From Eubacteriales Family XIII. Incertae Sedis bacterium (lineage in GTDB: Bacteria; Bacillota; Clostridia; Peptostreptococcales; Anaerovoracaceae), in assembly GCA_031289235.1 (NCBI GenBank), contig JAITPU010000028.1:1-33439 (forward strand): 33,439 bases of DNA, read 5' to 3'. The position numbers were made by a program, and so were the translations under genes. Of the stretch, positions 16,839-25,406 are shown piece by piece; position 1 is the first letter of the stretch; the number at the start of each line of letters is the position of its first letter. The notes under the pieces are model-generated. The model was not told where the DNA came from. It did not search any database and was given only the letters and a program-made list of their open reading frames with translations.

Positions 16839-17653
16839 AGCCGGCTTCCAATCATTTCCGCTGCGGTTTCAACTGAAAAAACACGAAAAAGCGCGCAAAA
16901 AAAACACACGGCGCCCAGAAACACGACGTCGCTCCGTACGAGAGGTTCGCTTTCCCGAAGGAAGCCGCGAAGGCTGTAACCGCGGCATTTCATGGCCGAA
17001 TAGACGCGTTCCGCCCGGTCTAAGCCGCGCAGCAGAAACTGCCCCATGAAGCTGCCTATATGCCGCATCTCAATACCTTTCCGCTTCACGCTCCTCAACA
17101 AATACGCTGTATACATGGAAGAAACCTCTTCCGCCAATACGCCGATATAACGGTATGTCATTTCAAATACCACGACGAAAACGCCCGGAATTTTCAATCT
17201 CCGCATCTGGGAGGACAACTCGGCGAACGGAGTTGTGGAAACGAGGATCAGCACTGCCATAACGCAGAGCCAGGCCCGAAACAATATGACGAACAAAGAA
17301 ATAAGGCCCTGACTGACAGCGAGGCCGGCCACGGTAAAAACAACGGCCCTGTCGAAGACGACGTTCGAGATCCCCGCGAAAAGGCAGAAAGGCGCGGCGA
17401 TCAAAAATCGTCTGAAAAGCAGACCGCCCGGGATCCCGGCAAGATTCATGAGAACGGCGGGATAAAACGAATACGGAATCAGCCTTCCGAACGCATATCG
17501 GTCAAACGAAACGACAACGGTGATAAAAACAAACGCCGCCAGCATTTTCGCCATCGGATGCAGGCGGTGTATCACGGTATCGTCGCGTGAAAGCCGTTCC
17601 AGCGTATAGAGTTCATATATTTTATTTTTCATATCCGGCATACCGACATTCAT
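16835..17653 (-). CDS. cbiQ: ECF transporter transmembrane (T) component CbiQ
   Basis: 272 aa, polytopic, with the conserved Ala-Arg-Gly-type coupling region (LLRGLDRAERVYSAMKCRGY). The exact start is uncertain because no good SD precedes ATG 17653. Confidence 0.75.
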   Translation of the reverse strand: MNVGMPDMKNKIYELYTLERLSRDDTVIHRLHPMAKMLAAFVFITVVVSFDRYAFGRLIPYSFYPAVLMNLAGIPGGLLFRRFLIAAPFCLFAGISNVVFDRAVVFTVAGLAVSQGLISLFVILFRAWLCVMAVLILVSTTPFAELSSQMRRLKIPGVFVVVFEMTYRYIGVLAEEVSSMYTAYLLRSVKRKGIEMRHIGSFMGQFLLRGLDRAERVYSAMKCRGYSLRGFLRESEPLVRSDVVFLGAVCFFCALFRVFSVETAAEMIGSRL

Positions 17654-17709
17654 TTATCAAACGGCGAAAGAGCGGCCGGAACCGCCGCCGTTCTGTCCGA
17701 GAACGCTGC

Positions 17710-18711
17710 TCAGGTTTTTCGGGTCTTTTTTATCGCTGAGATAACGCAGCCCGCCGCGCCTGCCAGCGCAAAGGTAACAGCTCCGCCAACGACGCCGGCG
17801 ACTGTCGTCCCTTCGCCTTCTGTTCCTGATTTATAGCCGTAATCCGGCATAAACGCCAACGCTTCCTGTATGGACGCGGCGCTTTCAGACAGCTTTCCTT
17901 TCACCTCCGCTTTTGCCGCGCCCGCCGTCTTTTCCACAGCCCATTCCAAACCGTCGGGATAAGCGGAAGCGAAGAGCGACAGCAGACCGCCGGTGATGAA
18001 CGCGACGCAGGCCAACACGGTCAGGATTTTTTTCATGGAAACGCCGTCCGCTATACGCGTCCCCGCGTTAGCGCTTTCCAAAATTTCCGGGCGCATATTG
18101 TATACAAAGCACAGGATTGCGGCGGTTACAATCCCTTCGACGACGCCGATCGCCAGATGGATCGGCTGCATCAGAAGCACGAAGGTCGAAAACGGAAGAG
18201 CCGTAATCCCTGAAAGCTGCGTTTCGAGCACGACGCTAAAAGCTCCAAGCTGCAAACCCAGCACGGCGGAGATAACGGCGGCGGCTGAAATCCGCCTGTA
18301 CGTCAAGCCTTTCGCCACGATCGGCTTGAACAGGAGAGGATAGACGAGCAGGCACGGAATGACCGCCATGTTGAATATGTTGCAGCCCAAAGCAAGCAGG
18401 CCCCCGTCGGCGAAAAACAGGCACTGAATTATCAGCGTCGTCATCAAGGCTATAAACGCGGGAAAGGCGCCAAGCAGCCCCGCCAGCAAAATTCCGCCGC
18501 CGATATGCCCGCTCGAACCGGTCGCCGGGATCGTAAAATTAATCATTTGTCCCGCGAATACCAACGCGCCTGACACCGCCATAACGGGAATCTTTTTTTC
18601 ACAAAGATCATCCTCTTTGATTTTCGCCACAGAATACGCGGCCGCCGCCGCGCTCACAGCGTACATAGCGGCGCCGACTGCCGGAGATAAAAGAGCGTCC
18701 GCCATATGCAT
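17710..18711 (-). CDS. cbiM: CbiM/NikM-type ECF substrate component fused to a C-terminal PDGLE domain
   Basis: 333 aa. The N-terminus MHMADALLSP matches the metal-binding CbiM/NikM N-terminus (M-H-x-x-D), followed by about 220 aa of CbiM core. The tail has TM - AYPDGLEW - TM (PDGLE domain). No separate cbiN gene is present. Confidence 0.8.
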   Translation of the reverse strand: MHMADALLSPAVGAAMYAVSAAAAAYSVAKIKEDDLCEKKIPVMAVSGALVFAGQMINFTIPATGSSGHIGGGILLAGLLGAFPAFIALMTTLIIQCLFFADGGLLALGCNIFNMAVIPCLLVYPLLFKPIVAKGLTYRRISAAAVISAVLGLQLGAFSVVLETQLSGITALPFSTFVLLMQPIHLAIGVVEGIVTAAILCFVYNMRPEILESANAGTRIADGVSMKKILTVLACVAFITGGLLSLFASAYPDGLEWAVEKTAGAAKAEVKGKLSESAASIQEALAFMPDYGYKSGTEGEGTTVAGVVGGAVTFALAGAAGCVISAIKKTRKT

Positions 18712-18716
18712 AGCTT

Positions 18717-18768
18717 CTCACCATTTCCGCTAAGGCGGCAAATGTATCGCCGCTTGCGGATTCCTTTC
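18717..18768 (-). repeat. leader module copy 2 (immediately 5' of cbiM ATG), shared with clpB
   Basis: See 9031-9097. On the mRNA strand both read GAAAGGAA..GC(A/G)AGCGGC....CATTTGCCG....AGCGGAAATGGTGAG followed by 3-5 nt and the ATG. Confidence 0.8.
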
Positions 18769-18820
18769 GTTAAAAATTATGAGAGTGTTTGCGAATAGAT
18801 AGTTTGCCGCAATAGCCACT

Positions 18821-18847
18821 ATATATCGCGTTGCACTGAAGCATCAA
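18821..18847 (-). promoter_or_regulatory. possible promoter for cbiMQO
   Basis: On the - strand: TTGATG (18847-18842)-16 nt-ATATAT/TATATA (about 18826-18821). This would give a ~105-nt leader. Confidence 0.35.
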
Positions 18848-18939
18848 ATACTATATTTAGTGTCCATATATCGTTTGTTAAGCGCTCTCAAAATTATATC
18901 TCATCGTTATAAAGATTTGCCATTCAGTCGCCGGAATCT

Positions 18940-20883
18940 TTATTCCGCAGCGGAAGCGGTTTTATACCCGGCGATTATCTTTTCCGCCAGATGAGCCGGT
19001 ATTTCCTCATAGCGATCAAAGCGCATGATGAAACTGCCCCGAGCCTGCGTTATTGAGCGCAAAGCGACGGCGTACCTGAAAATTTCGGCCTGAGGCGCTT
19101 CCGCCAGCACCTTCTGGCCGCCGCCCGCCTGCGGCTCCATGCCGAGAATTTTTCCCCTTCTTTTGTTCATGTCTCCCATGATGTCGCCCATGTATTCGTC
19201 CGGCGCGAGAATCTCCAAACGCACGACCGGTTCCAACAGTATCGGTTTCGCTTCCGCTATCCCCTTTTTAAACGCTAAGGACGCGGCGATCTTAAACGCC
19301 ATTTCGTTCGAGTCCACCTCATGATAAGAGCCGTCATAAAGAACCGCCTTTACGTTCACCACCTTGCAGCCCGCCAGAGGGCCTTTGTCCATGCATTCCC
19401 TGAGTCCTTTTTCCACGGCGGGAACATAATTTCTGGGCACGGAACCGCCGAACAGTTCCTCGGAGAACTCAAATTCCTCCTGAGACGGCGAAAACCTTAT
19501 ATGGACGTCGCCATACTGTCCGGCGCCGCCGGACTGCTTCTTGTGTTTCCCCTGTACGTCGGAACTTCCCTTGATGGTCTCCCGGTACGGAACCTTGGGA
19601 TCTTTCAGCGCGACATTCACTCCGAACTTCTCTTTCAGCTTCGAGGTGACGATGTTGATCTGTATTTCCCCCTGCCCGCCAAGCAACGTCTGATGAGTTT
19701 CCGTGTCGCGCTTCACGACGAAAGAAGGGTCTTCCTCCATGAGCTTATGAAGCCCGGCGTTGATTTTTTCCTCCTCGCCCTTGACTTTTGGCTCAACAGC
19801 CATAAACAGAGACGGCTCCGGAAATTCGACGGGCGGATATTTAATGACCTTCGTCCTGTCGCAAAGCGTATCGCCCGTTTGGGTATACTGCAGCTTGGAC
19901 GCCGCCGCTATGTCGCCCGCCGGAACGCTCGGCGCGTCGCTCTGAGTTTTGCCCCGCAGATAGAACATGGAGCCCAGCTTTTCGGTTTTTTCCGCGCCCG
20001 CGTTGTATATCTCGGCGCCAAGGACGAGTTTCCCCGATATCACTTTTATCAGAGAAATCTTCCCGACGAAGGGATCCGCTATAGTCTTGAACACAAAACC
20101 TGACGCCGCTTCCGATTCGCCGCATTTACGGCTGACTATTTCGCCTTTGGCGTCCGCTCCTTCATAAGGCGGGTGAGAATAAGGACCCGGCGCATATTCC
20201 AGCAGCATATCCAAAAACTCATCGACGCCGTCGCCGTTCACCGCGCTGCACGCCGCGACGGGCACGATATCGCCGGACGCGACGCCGCCGGACAAGCCTC
20301 GATTGAATTCTTCTTCCGTGAACTCTTTGCCGCTGAAAAATTTATCCAAAAGGACCTCGTCGGTTTCAGCGACGATTTCGCTGAGCGCGTCTTTATCGTC
20401 AAGCGTCACGACAGAAGTTCCGAATTTTGCTTTCAGATCCGCGATCACGCGATTCACATCGGAGTTTTCTTTGTCGGTCTTATTCAACAGGAAAAACTTC
20501 GGCGTGTTATGCTGCTTGCAGCTGTTCCAGGCTTTTTCCGTCCCCACCTGCACTCCCGCGGAGGCGTCCACCACAATGACCGCCGCTTCCACGGCGCGCA
20601 GAGCGGAATGAACATCTCCGACGAAATCGAAAAACCCCGGAGTGTCGATGAAATTGATTTTGAATCCGCCGCGCTCCACCGGTACGAGGGAAGCGCCGAT
20701 GGAGTGTCTTTTTTCGATCTCCATCTTGTCATAGTCGGAAACCGTATTCCCGTCTTCTATCCTGCCCAGCCTTTTTATTGCGCCGGAAGCGAGCAAGGCG
20801 GCTTCCAGTATCGTGGTCTTCCCGCATCCTCCGTGCCCCAACAACGCAATGTTTCTAATCGAATCGCCTGTATAGCCTTTCAT
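18940..20883 (-). CDS. EF-G-family translational GTPase paralogue with a non-canonical switch II
   Basis: 647 aa with G1 GHGGCGKTT, G3 DTPGFFDF (canonical is DTPGHVDF), G4 NKTD and G5 CSA, plus EF-G domains II-V. Start moved from 20967 to ATG 20883, which follows a perfect AGGAGG. Confidence 0.85.
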   Translation of the reverse strand: MKGYTGDSIRNIALLGHGGCGKTTILEAALLASGAIKRLGRIEDGNTVSDYDKMEIEKRHSIGASLVPVERGGFKINFIDTPGFFDFVGDVHSALRAVEAAVIVVDASAGVQVGTEKAWNSCKQHNTPKFFLLNKTDKENSDVNRVIADLKAKFGTSVVTLDDKDALSEIVAETDEVLLDKFFSGKEFTEEEFNRGLSGGVASGDIVPVAACSAVNGDGVDEFLDMLLEYAPGPYSHPPYEGADAKGEIVSRKCGESEAASGFVFKTIADPFVGKISLIKVISGKLVLGAEIYNAGAEKTEKLGSMFYLRGKTQSDAPSVPAGDIAAASKLQYTQTGDTLCDRTKVIKYPPVEFPEPSLFMAVEPKVKGEEEKINAGLHKLMEEDPSFVVKRDTETHQTLLGGQGEIQINIVTSKLKEKFGVNVALKDPKVPYRETIKGSSDVQGKHKKQSGGAGQYGDVHIRFSPSQEEFEFSEELFGGSVPRNYVPAVEKGLRECMDKGPLAGCKVVNVKAVLYDGSYHEVDSNEMAFKIAASLAFKKGIAEAKPILLEPVVRLEILAPDEYMGDIMGDMNKRRGKILGMEPQAGGGQKVLAEAPQAEIFRYAVALRSITQARGSFIMRFDRYEEIPAHLAEKIIAGYKTASAAE

Positions 20884-20960
20884 GATTCCAAAACCTCCTG
20901 TATTCATTTCGATCGACAGTGTACGGTAAGAATGATGAACGAAACAGTATTCCCGGCGGC

Positions 20961-21000
20961 TGAACATCGCGGGCCGCGCCGGTTTGCCGCGATATGTTCA
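20961..21000 (-). other. long interrupted hairpin spanning the stop codon of the 7-TM gene
   Basis: On the - strand: TGAACAT(at)CGCGG-14 nt-CCGCGATGTTCA, giving 7+5 bp with a 2-nt bulge. The first three nt are the TGA stop. There is no U-tract. Confidence 0.5.
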
Positions 21001-21741
21001 GGCGCAGAAATAATAGACTATAATCCAAAGCAAGTTGACGATAAAATACATGATCGGGGCGGCGATAATTGATATGGCGGCTGTCCGAAGGCTTTGAAGG
21101 CCCGTTTCCGGAAGCGCTACGGCCAGTGCGGCTGACGCTAAAATACAAAACACAACGATAACACTGTATGGAACCGCGCCGTAAATTATCCTGTTTTCTT
21201 GTATCGCTTTCAATATATGAAGGAAAGCGCGGGCGGCTTCGGCCAGGAAGAAGGCTATCGGCATGGCGGCAAGGATATTTGAAATCAATTTTCCACCTCT
21301 CGCGTACCATATGACCGCGCCTAACAATACAGCAAAGACCGCGAATACAGTCCAAAAAATAAACTGCCTCATATAGGACGAATGGTAGTGCTTTGCCGCA
21401 TAAATAAAATATGTTACGTTCAGGAAGAACAGATAACAGAAAGCGTGTACGCCCGCGGATATTGGATTCTGGCTGTACACCGCGATTAAAGTGGCGGTAA
21501 ATACCCAAACTGAAAATATTGTTCCCAGCAGTCCCAAGCCCTCAAAAACTTTACCTGTGTATATCCCCCAAACGCGCTCAAACTGCAAAATATCAAAGTA
21601 TTTAGCGAGAAAACCCGCCAAACAGCCCATCAAAATGATGAATAACAAATGAAGCGCTTTGGATGAGCTTGTGATGTTTTCGTCTGACGCCTGCCTTATC
21701 TGATTCAGTTTTTCTTTTATATTTGCGGGCATATCTATCAC
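20998..21741 (-). CDS. hypothetical 7-TM membrane protein
   Basis: 247 aa with about seven hydrophobic segments and no motif I recognise. GTG start at 21741, with an alternative ATG at 21732. An overlapping same-strand ORF (20855..21508) is judged spurious. Confidence 0.6.
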   Translation of the reverse strand: MIDMPANIKEKLNQIRQASDENITSSSKALHLLFIILMGCLAGFLAKYFDILQFERVWGIYTGKVFEGLGLLGTIFSVWVFTATLIAVYSQNPISAGVHAFCYLFFLNVTYFIYAAKHYHSSYMRQFIFWTVFAVFAVLLGAVIWYARGGKLISNILAAMPIAFFLAEAARAFLHILKAIQENRIIYGAVPYSVIVVFCILASAALAVALPETGLQSLRTAAISIIAAPIMYFIVNLLWIIVYYFCA

Positions 21742-21830
21742 TGCCGGAAAAAGTCCTTCTACACACCGGTTTTACCGTTACTATTATTGCTATGTTTCGC
21801 TGGGCGGGGTCGGATTTTAACCAGTCAAAG

Positions 21831-21986
21831 CTATCGCCGCGCTGTTTCTTTCTGCTTAGCGGCTGAGATTTTCGAAAACATGAGCATAACTTTCGTCGCG
21901 GCGTAAAACAGGATCAGCACGGCAAACACCCCGCCAAGCCCAAGGGCGCTTATTTTAAGACCGGCCGCAATCAATTCCATATTCAT
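21831..21986 (-). CDS. small OadG-like / MmdE-like single-TM subunit of a Na+-translocating decarboxylase
   Basis: 51 aa (MNMELIAAGLKISALGLGGVFAVLILFYAATKV...) with one TM helix in the OadG style. SD GGAGGG precedes it, 16 nt after the beta-subunit stop. Start moved from 22031. Confidence 0.6.
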   Translation of the reverse strand: MNMELIAAGLKISALGLGGVFAVLILFYAATKVMLMFSKISAAKQKETARR

Positions 21987-22002
21987 TTTATTCCCTCCGA
22001 TC

Positions 22003-23136
22003 CTATATCGCGGCGAGTACCACGGGCACAAGCGTCAGAATAAGGCTTCCGGCCACCACGGAAGCAAGCTGCCCGGCCACGTTGGCGCTCATGGCCTGCA
22101 TGAGGATGAAATTTGTCGGATCTTCTTCCGCCGCCATGCGCTGCACTACCCGCCCCGACATCGGAAACGCGGAAATGCCGGCCGCCCCGATCATCGGGTT
22201 GACTTTTTCTTTCAGGAACAGGTTGAGAATTTTCGCGAAAATCACGCCGCCCGCCGTATCAAAGACGAAGGCGACAAGCCCCATGCCTATTATCATTATG
22301 GTGTTGAGGTTGAGAAAAGCCACCGCGGTCATTGTCGAACCGATGGTAATTCCAAGCAGCAGGGTGACAAGATTCGCGAGTTCATTCTGAGCCGCGTCGG
22401 AAAGCCGCGTCAGAACGCCGCAAACTTTAATCAGATTGCCGAACATGAGCGCGCCGACAAGGGCCACGCTCATAGGAGCGATGATGCCCGCGATCAGGGT
22501 GATGACTATGGGAAAGAGAATCTCAATGATCCTGGGTATTTCCGTCTGAGTATATTTCATACGGATTTTCCGTTCTTCCTTGGTAGTCAGCAGTCTGACT
22601 ACCGGCGGCTGGATGATAGGCACCAGCGACATATACGAGTAAGCCGCCACGGAGATGGGTCCCAGATAGTTCGGGGCAAACTCCCTGGCCACGTATATGG
22701 ACGTAGGACCGTCAGCGGCGCCGATGACGCCTATCGCGGCCGCCTCTTTCAGATCAAACTGCCCGGTGGAAATGGCGAACATCATGGTGAAGAAGATGCC
22801 AAACTGAGCCGCCGCCCCGAAAAACAGCATAAAAGGATTCTGTATAAGGGGTTTGAAGTCGATCATGGCTCCTACCGCGATAAAGATCAGCACGGGAAAC
22901 AGCTCCGTCTGAATGCCCGCGCGGTACAGGATCGTCAAAAATCCTTCATCCCCGATGGCGGAAGACAAGGGTATATTCGCCAGGACAGCGCCAAAGCCTA
23001 TAGGCAAAAGCAGCATGGGTTCATATTTCTTCGCGACCGCTAAATAGATCAGAACGCCGCCGATGGCGAACATGACGATCTGTCCGGGAGTCAGCCCCGG
23101 GATGCCGCTCAAAGATTCATTCCATAATCCCGTCAT
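22003..23136 (-). CDS. Na+-translocating decarboxylase beta subunit (OadB/MmdB/GcdB family)
   Basis: 377 aa, polytopic and highly hydrophobic, with the family-typical IGVIGAADGPTSIY and SGRV(V)Q regions. SD AGGAG is present. Confidence 0.85.
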   Translation of the reverse strand: MTGLWNESLSGIPGLTPGQIVMFAIGGVLIYLAVAKKYEPMLLLPIGFGAVLANIPLSSAIGDEGFLTILYRAGIQTELFPVLIFIAVGAMIDFKPLIQNPFMLFFGAAAQFGIFFTMMFAISTGQFDLKEAAAIGVIGAADGPTSIYVAREFAPNYLGPISVAAYSYMSLVPIIQPPVVRLLTTKEERKIRMKYTQTEIPRIIEILFPIVITLIAGIIAPMSVALVGALMFGNLIKVCGVLTRLSDAAQNELANLVTLLLGITIGSTMTAVAFLNLNTIMIIGMGLVAFVFDTAGGVIFAKILNLFLKEKVNPMIGAAGISAFPMSGRVVQRMAAEEDPTNFILMQAMSANVAGQLASVVAGSLILTLVPVVLAAI

Positions 23137-23233
23137 ACGTATCTCCTCTAAACTTTATATATAAAATAAAATTATTATTACTCCGACAATTAAACAGAGG
23201 GATCTTTTCCCGCATACCGGATCCAAAGCGGCG

Positions 23234-24760
23234 TCATTCTTCCAACGGCTTCATAGTGGGAAACAGGATAATATCACGGATGGAAGGGGCGTTCGTGACC
23301 AGCATTATGACCCTGTCGATCCCTACGCCCAACCCGCCCGTAGGCGGCAGCCCCACCTCCAGCGCGTTTACAAAATCCTCATCCATCGGATGCGCTTCGT
23401 CATCCCCGCTTTCCAATTGTTCTTGCTGTTCCCTGAACCGCTGATACTGGTCTATGGGATCGTTGAGCTCGGAAAACGCGTTGGCGACCTCCCAGCAATT
23501 CACATAGGCTTCGAACCTTCTGGTTATACGCGGGTCGTCGGGATCCCGTTTCGCAAGAGGCGAAACTTCCACAGGATGCCCCGTGATGAACACCGGACCG
23601 TCTAAATATTCTTCGCAGTATTCCTCAAACAGAGCGCATATCACATGCCCTCTCGTCATGCTTTCGTAACCCTCGATATGATGTCTCTTCGCCGCTTCGC
23701 GCGCTTTTTCATCGGAATCAATCACGTCAAAATCCTCTCCGGCCCACTTTTTCACCGCCTCCTGCATGGAAAGCCGCCGCCACGGCGGCGTAAGGTCAAA
23801 GGTCTTCCCCTGATATTCTATGATCATGCTGCTTGTAGCCGCCTTCGCCGCATTGGCGATCAGGTTTTCCGTGATATCCATCATCGTTTCCATATTGCCG
23901 TAGGCCTGATACAGTTCCATGGATGTGAACTCGGGGTTGTGGTTCTTGTCCATCCCTTCGTTCCTGAACATCTTTCCCATTTCGTAAACGCGGTCCAGCC
24001 CGCCCACGGTCAGGCGCTTGAGATACAGCTCGTTGGAAATTCGCAGCTTCAGATCAATGCCGAGGGTATTGTGATGCGTGGTAAAGGGCCGGGCGTTGGC
24101 GCCTCCGGCGATCAGCGTGAGAATCGGGGTGTCCACCTCGAGAAAGCCTCTTTCTTCCTCAAGATAACGCCTGATTTCATGGATTATCTTCGCCCTCATG
24201 ATAAAAGTATCGCGCACTCCGGGGTTCACGATGAGGTCAACGTAACGCTGGCGATAGCGCAGCTCAGTATCTTTCAGACCCTGATATTTGTTGGGAAGGA
24301 TCTGCAGAGACTTGGACAGCAGCGCCACCTTGTCCGCGCGCACGGAAACTTCCCCGTGCCGGGTCTTAAAAACGCTACCCTCCACGCCTATGATATCGCC
24401 GATATCGTAAGTAAGGAAGATTTCGTATTCTTCAGGGGTTATGACGTCCTGCCTCACATAACACTGTATCCTGCCCTGCTTGTCCTGAATGTCGATAAAC
24501 GAGGCCTTTCCCATATGGCGGTTCGCCATAATCCTGCCCGCGCAGGAAACTCTATTCCCCTCCATTTTTTCGAAACCTTCTCTGATATCCGCGCTGTAGG
24601 CGCTGACATCCCAGGTCTCGACGAGGAACGGATTCCTGCCCATCTCCTGCAATTTCCTGAGCTTTTCCCTGCGGATCAGCCGCATTTCATTCAGCCGTTC
24701 TTCCGATATTTCTTCCGTTTCCTCAGGAATGCCGGCCCTGTTCTTTTCTTCCGTGTTCAT
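23234..24760 (-). CDS. lysS: lysine--tRNA ligase (class II)
   Basis: 508 aa with an OB-fold anticodon domain and class-II motifs (FRNEG, GLGIDRL-type GVGIDRVIMLVT). Start set at ATG 24760, which follows AGGAG. Confidence 0.95.
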   Translation of the reverse strand: MNTEEKNRAGIPEETEEISEERLNEMRLIRREKLRKLQEMGRNPFLVETWDVSAYSADIREGFEKMEGNRVSCAGRIMANRHMGKASFIDIQDKQGRIQCYVRQDVITPEEYEIFLTYDIGDIIGVEGSVFKTRHGEVSVRADKVALLSKSLQILPNKYQGLKDTELRYRQRYVDLIVNPGVRDTFIMRAKIIHEIRRYLEEERGFLEVDTPILTLIAGGANARPFTTHHNTLGIDLKLRISNELYLKRLTVGGLDRVYEMGKMFRNEGMDKNHNPEFTSMELYQAYGNMETMMDITENLIANAAKAATSSMIIEYQGKTFDLTPPWRRLSMQEAVKKWAGEDFDVIDSDEKAREAAKRHHIEGYESMTRGHVICALFEEYCEEYLDGPVFITGHPVEVSPLAKRDPDDPRITRRFEAYVNCWEVANAFSELNDPIDQYQRFREQQEQLESGDDEAHPMDEDFVNALEVGLPPTGGLGVGIDRVIMLVTNAPSIRDIILFPTMKPLEE

Positions 24761-24932
24761 GATAAACGCTCCTGTCTGTTCGGGCATGAAAACTCACCCG
24801 CCGCTGTCAGATATACTGCCGAAGCTATCCAAGATAAAATCAGAGCGATCAGGATTTTCCCGCCGGGCGGGGCGTCTGCTCCGGTTCACGCGCCGCGCCT
24901 GCGTTTAACGGCCGGCGGCAATACCCTCAAAA

Positions 24933-25406
24933 CTACCTGAAAATATCAAGGATCTCATATTCCGCGACGCCGTCCGGAACCTGCACCTCAATCACGTCGC
25001 CCAGCCGTTTTCCGAGCAGGGCCGCGCCAACCAAGGACTCATTGGAAATTTTTCCCTCAAATGGATCCGCCTCCGTAGAACCTACAATGGTAAATTCCGC
25101 GACTTCACCGCTGCGCCGCTCTTTCGTCTTCACGGTAAGCCCAAGGCCGACCCGGTCCTTTACCAGCACGTCTTCGCCGATAATTCTGGCTTTCCGGATC
25201 ACGTTTTCCAGCTTATTGATCCTCTCTTCCAGAGCCGCCTGCTCGTTTTTTGCCGAATCGTATTCCGAATTTTCGGAGATATCGCCGTATGAAATGGCTT
25301 CCTTGATGCGCTCCGCCACTTCCTTGCGTCTTACCGTCGTAAGCTCTTCAAGCTCCGCCACAATTTTATCATATCCTTCTCGCGTCAATAATACTTCTTC
25401 GCTCAT
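24933..25406 (-). CDS. greA: transcription elongation factor GreA
   Basis: 157 aa with an N-terminal coiled coil carrying the acidic tip (YGDISENSEYDSAK) and a C-terminal FKBP-like domain. Its start overlaps the dusB stop (ATGA). Confidence 0.95.
   Translation of the reverse strand: MSEEVLLTREGYDKIVAELEELTTVRRKEVAERIKEAISYGDISENSEYDSAKNEQAALEERINKLENVIRKARIIGEDVLVKDRVGLGLTVKTKERRSGEVAEFTIVGSTEADPFEGKISNESLVGAALLGKRLGDVIEVQVPDGVAEYEILDIFR

Noticed and set aside
18712-18939. Expected cobalamin (B12) or NiCo riboswitch upstream of cbiM.
   Set aside because: I could not find the B12 box or GCCACTG core, or a convincing four-way NiCo junction, by eye. A covariance-model scan is needed to be sure.
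20855-21508. 217-aa same-strand ORF overlapping the 7-TM gene in another frame.
   Set aside because: Its sequence is Arg-rich and non-hydrophobic with no SD. The 20998..21741 frame gives a coherent multi-TM protein.
24761-24932. Possible T-box leader upstream of lysS.
   Set aside because: There is no T-box sequence (AANNNGGGTGGTACCGCG-like), no specifier-loop or AGAGA elements, and no terminator/antiterminator pair. The region instead looks like a degenerate family-A repeat.
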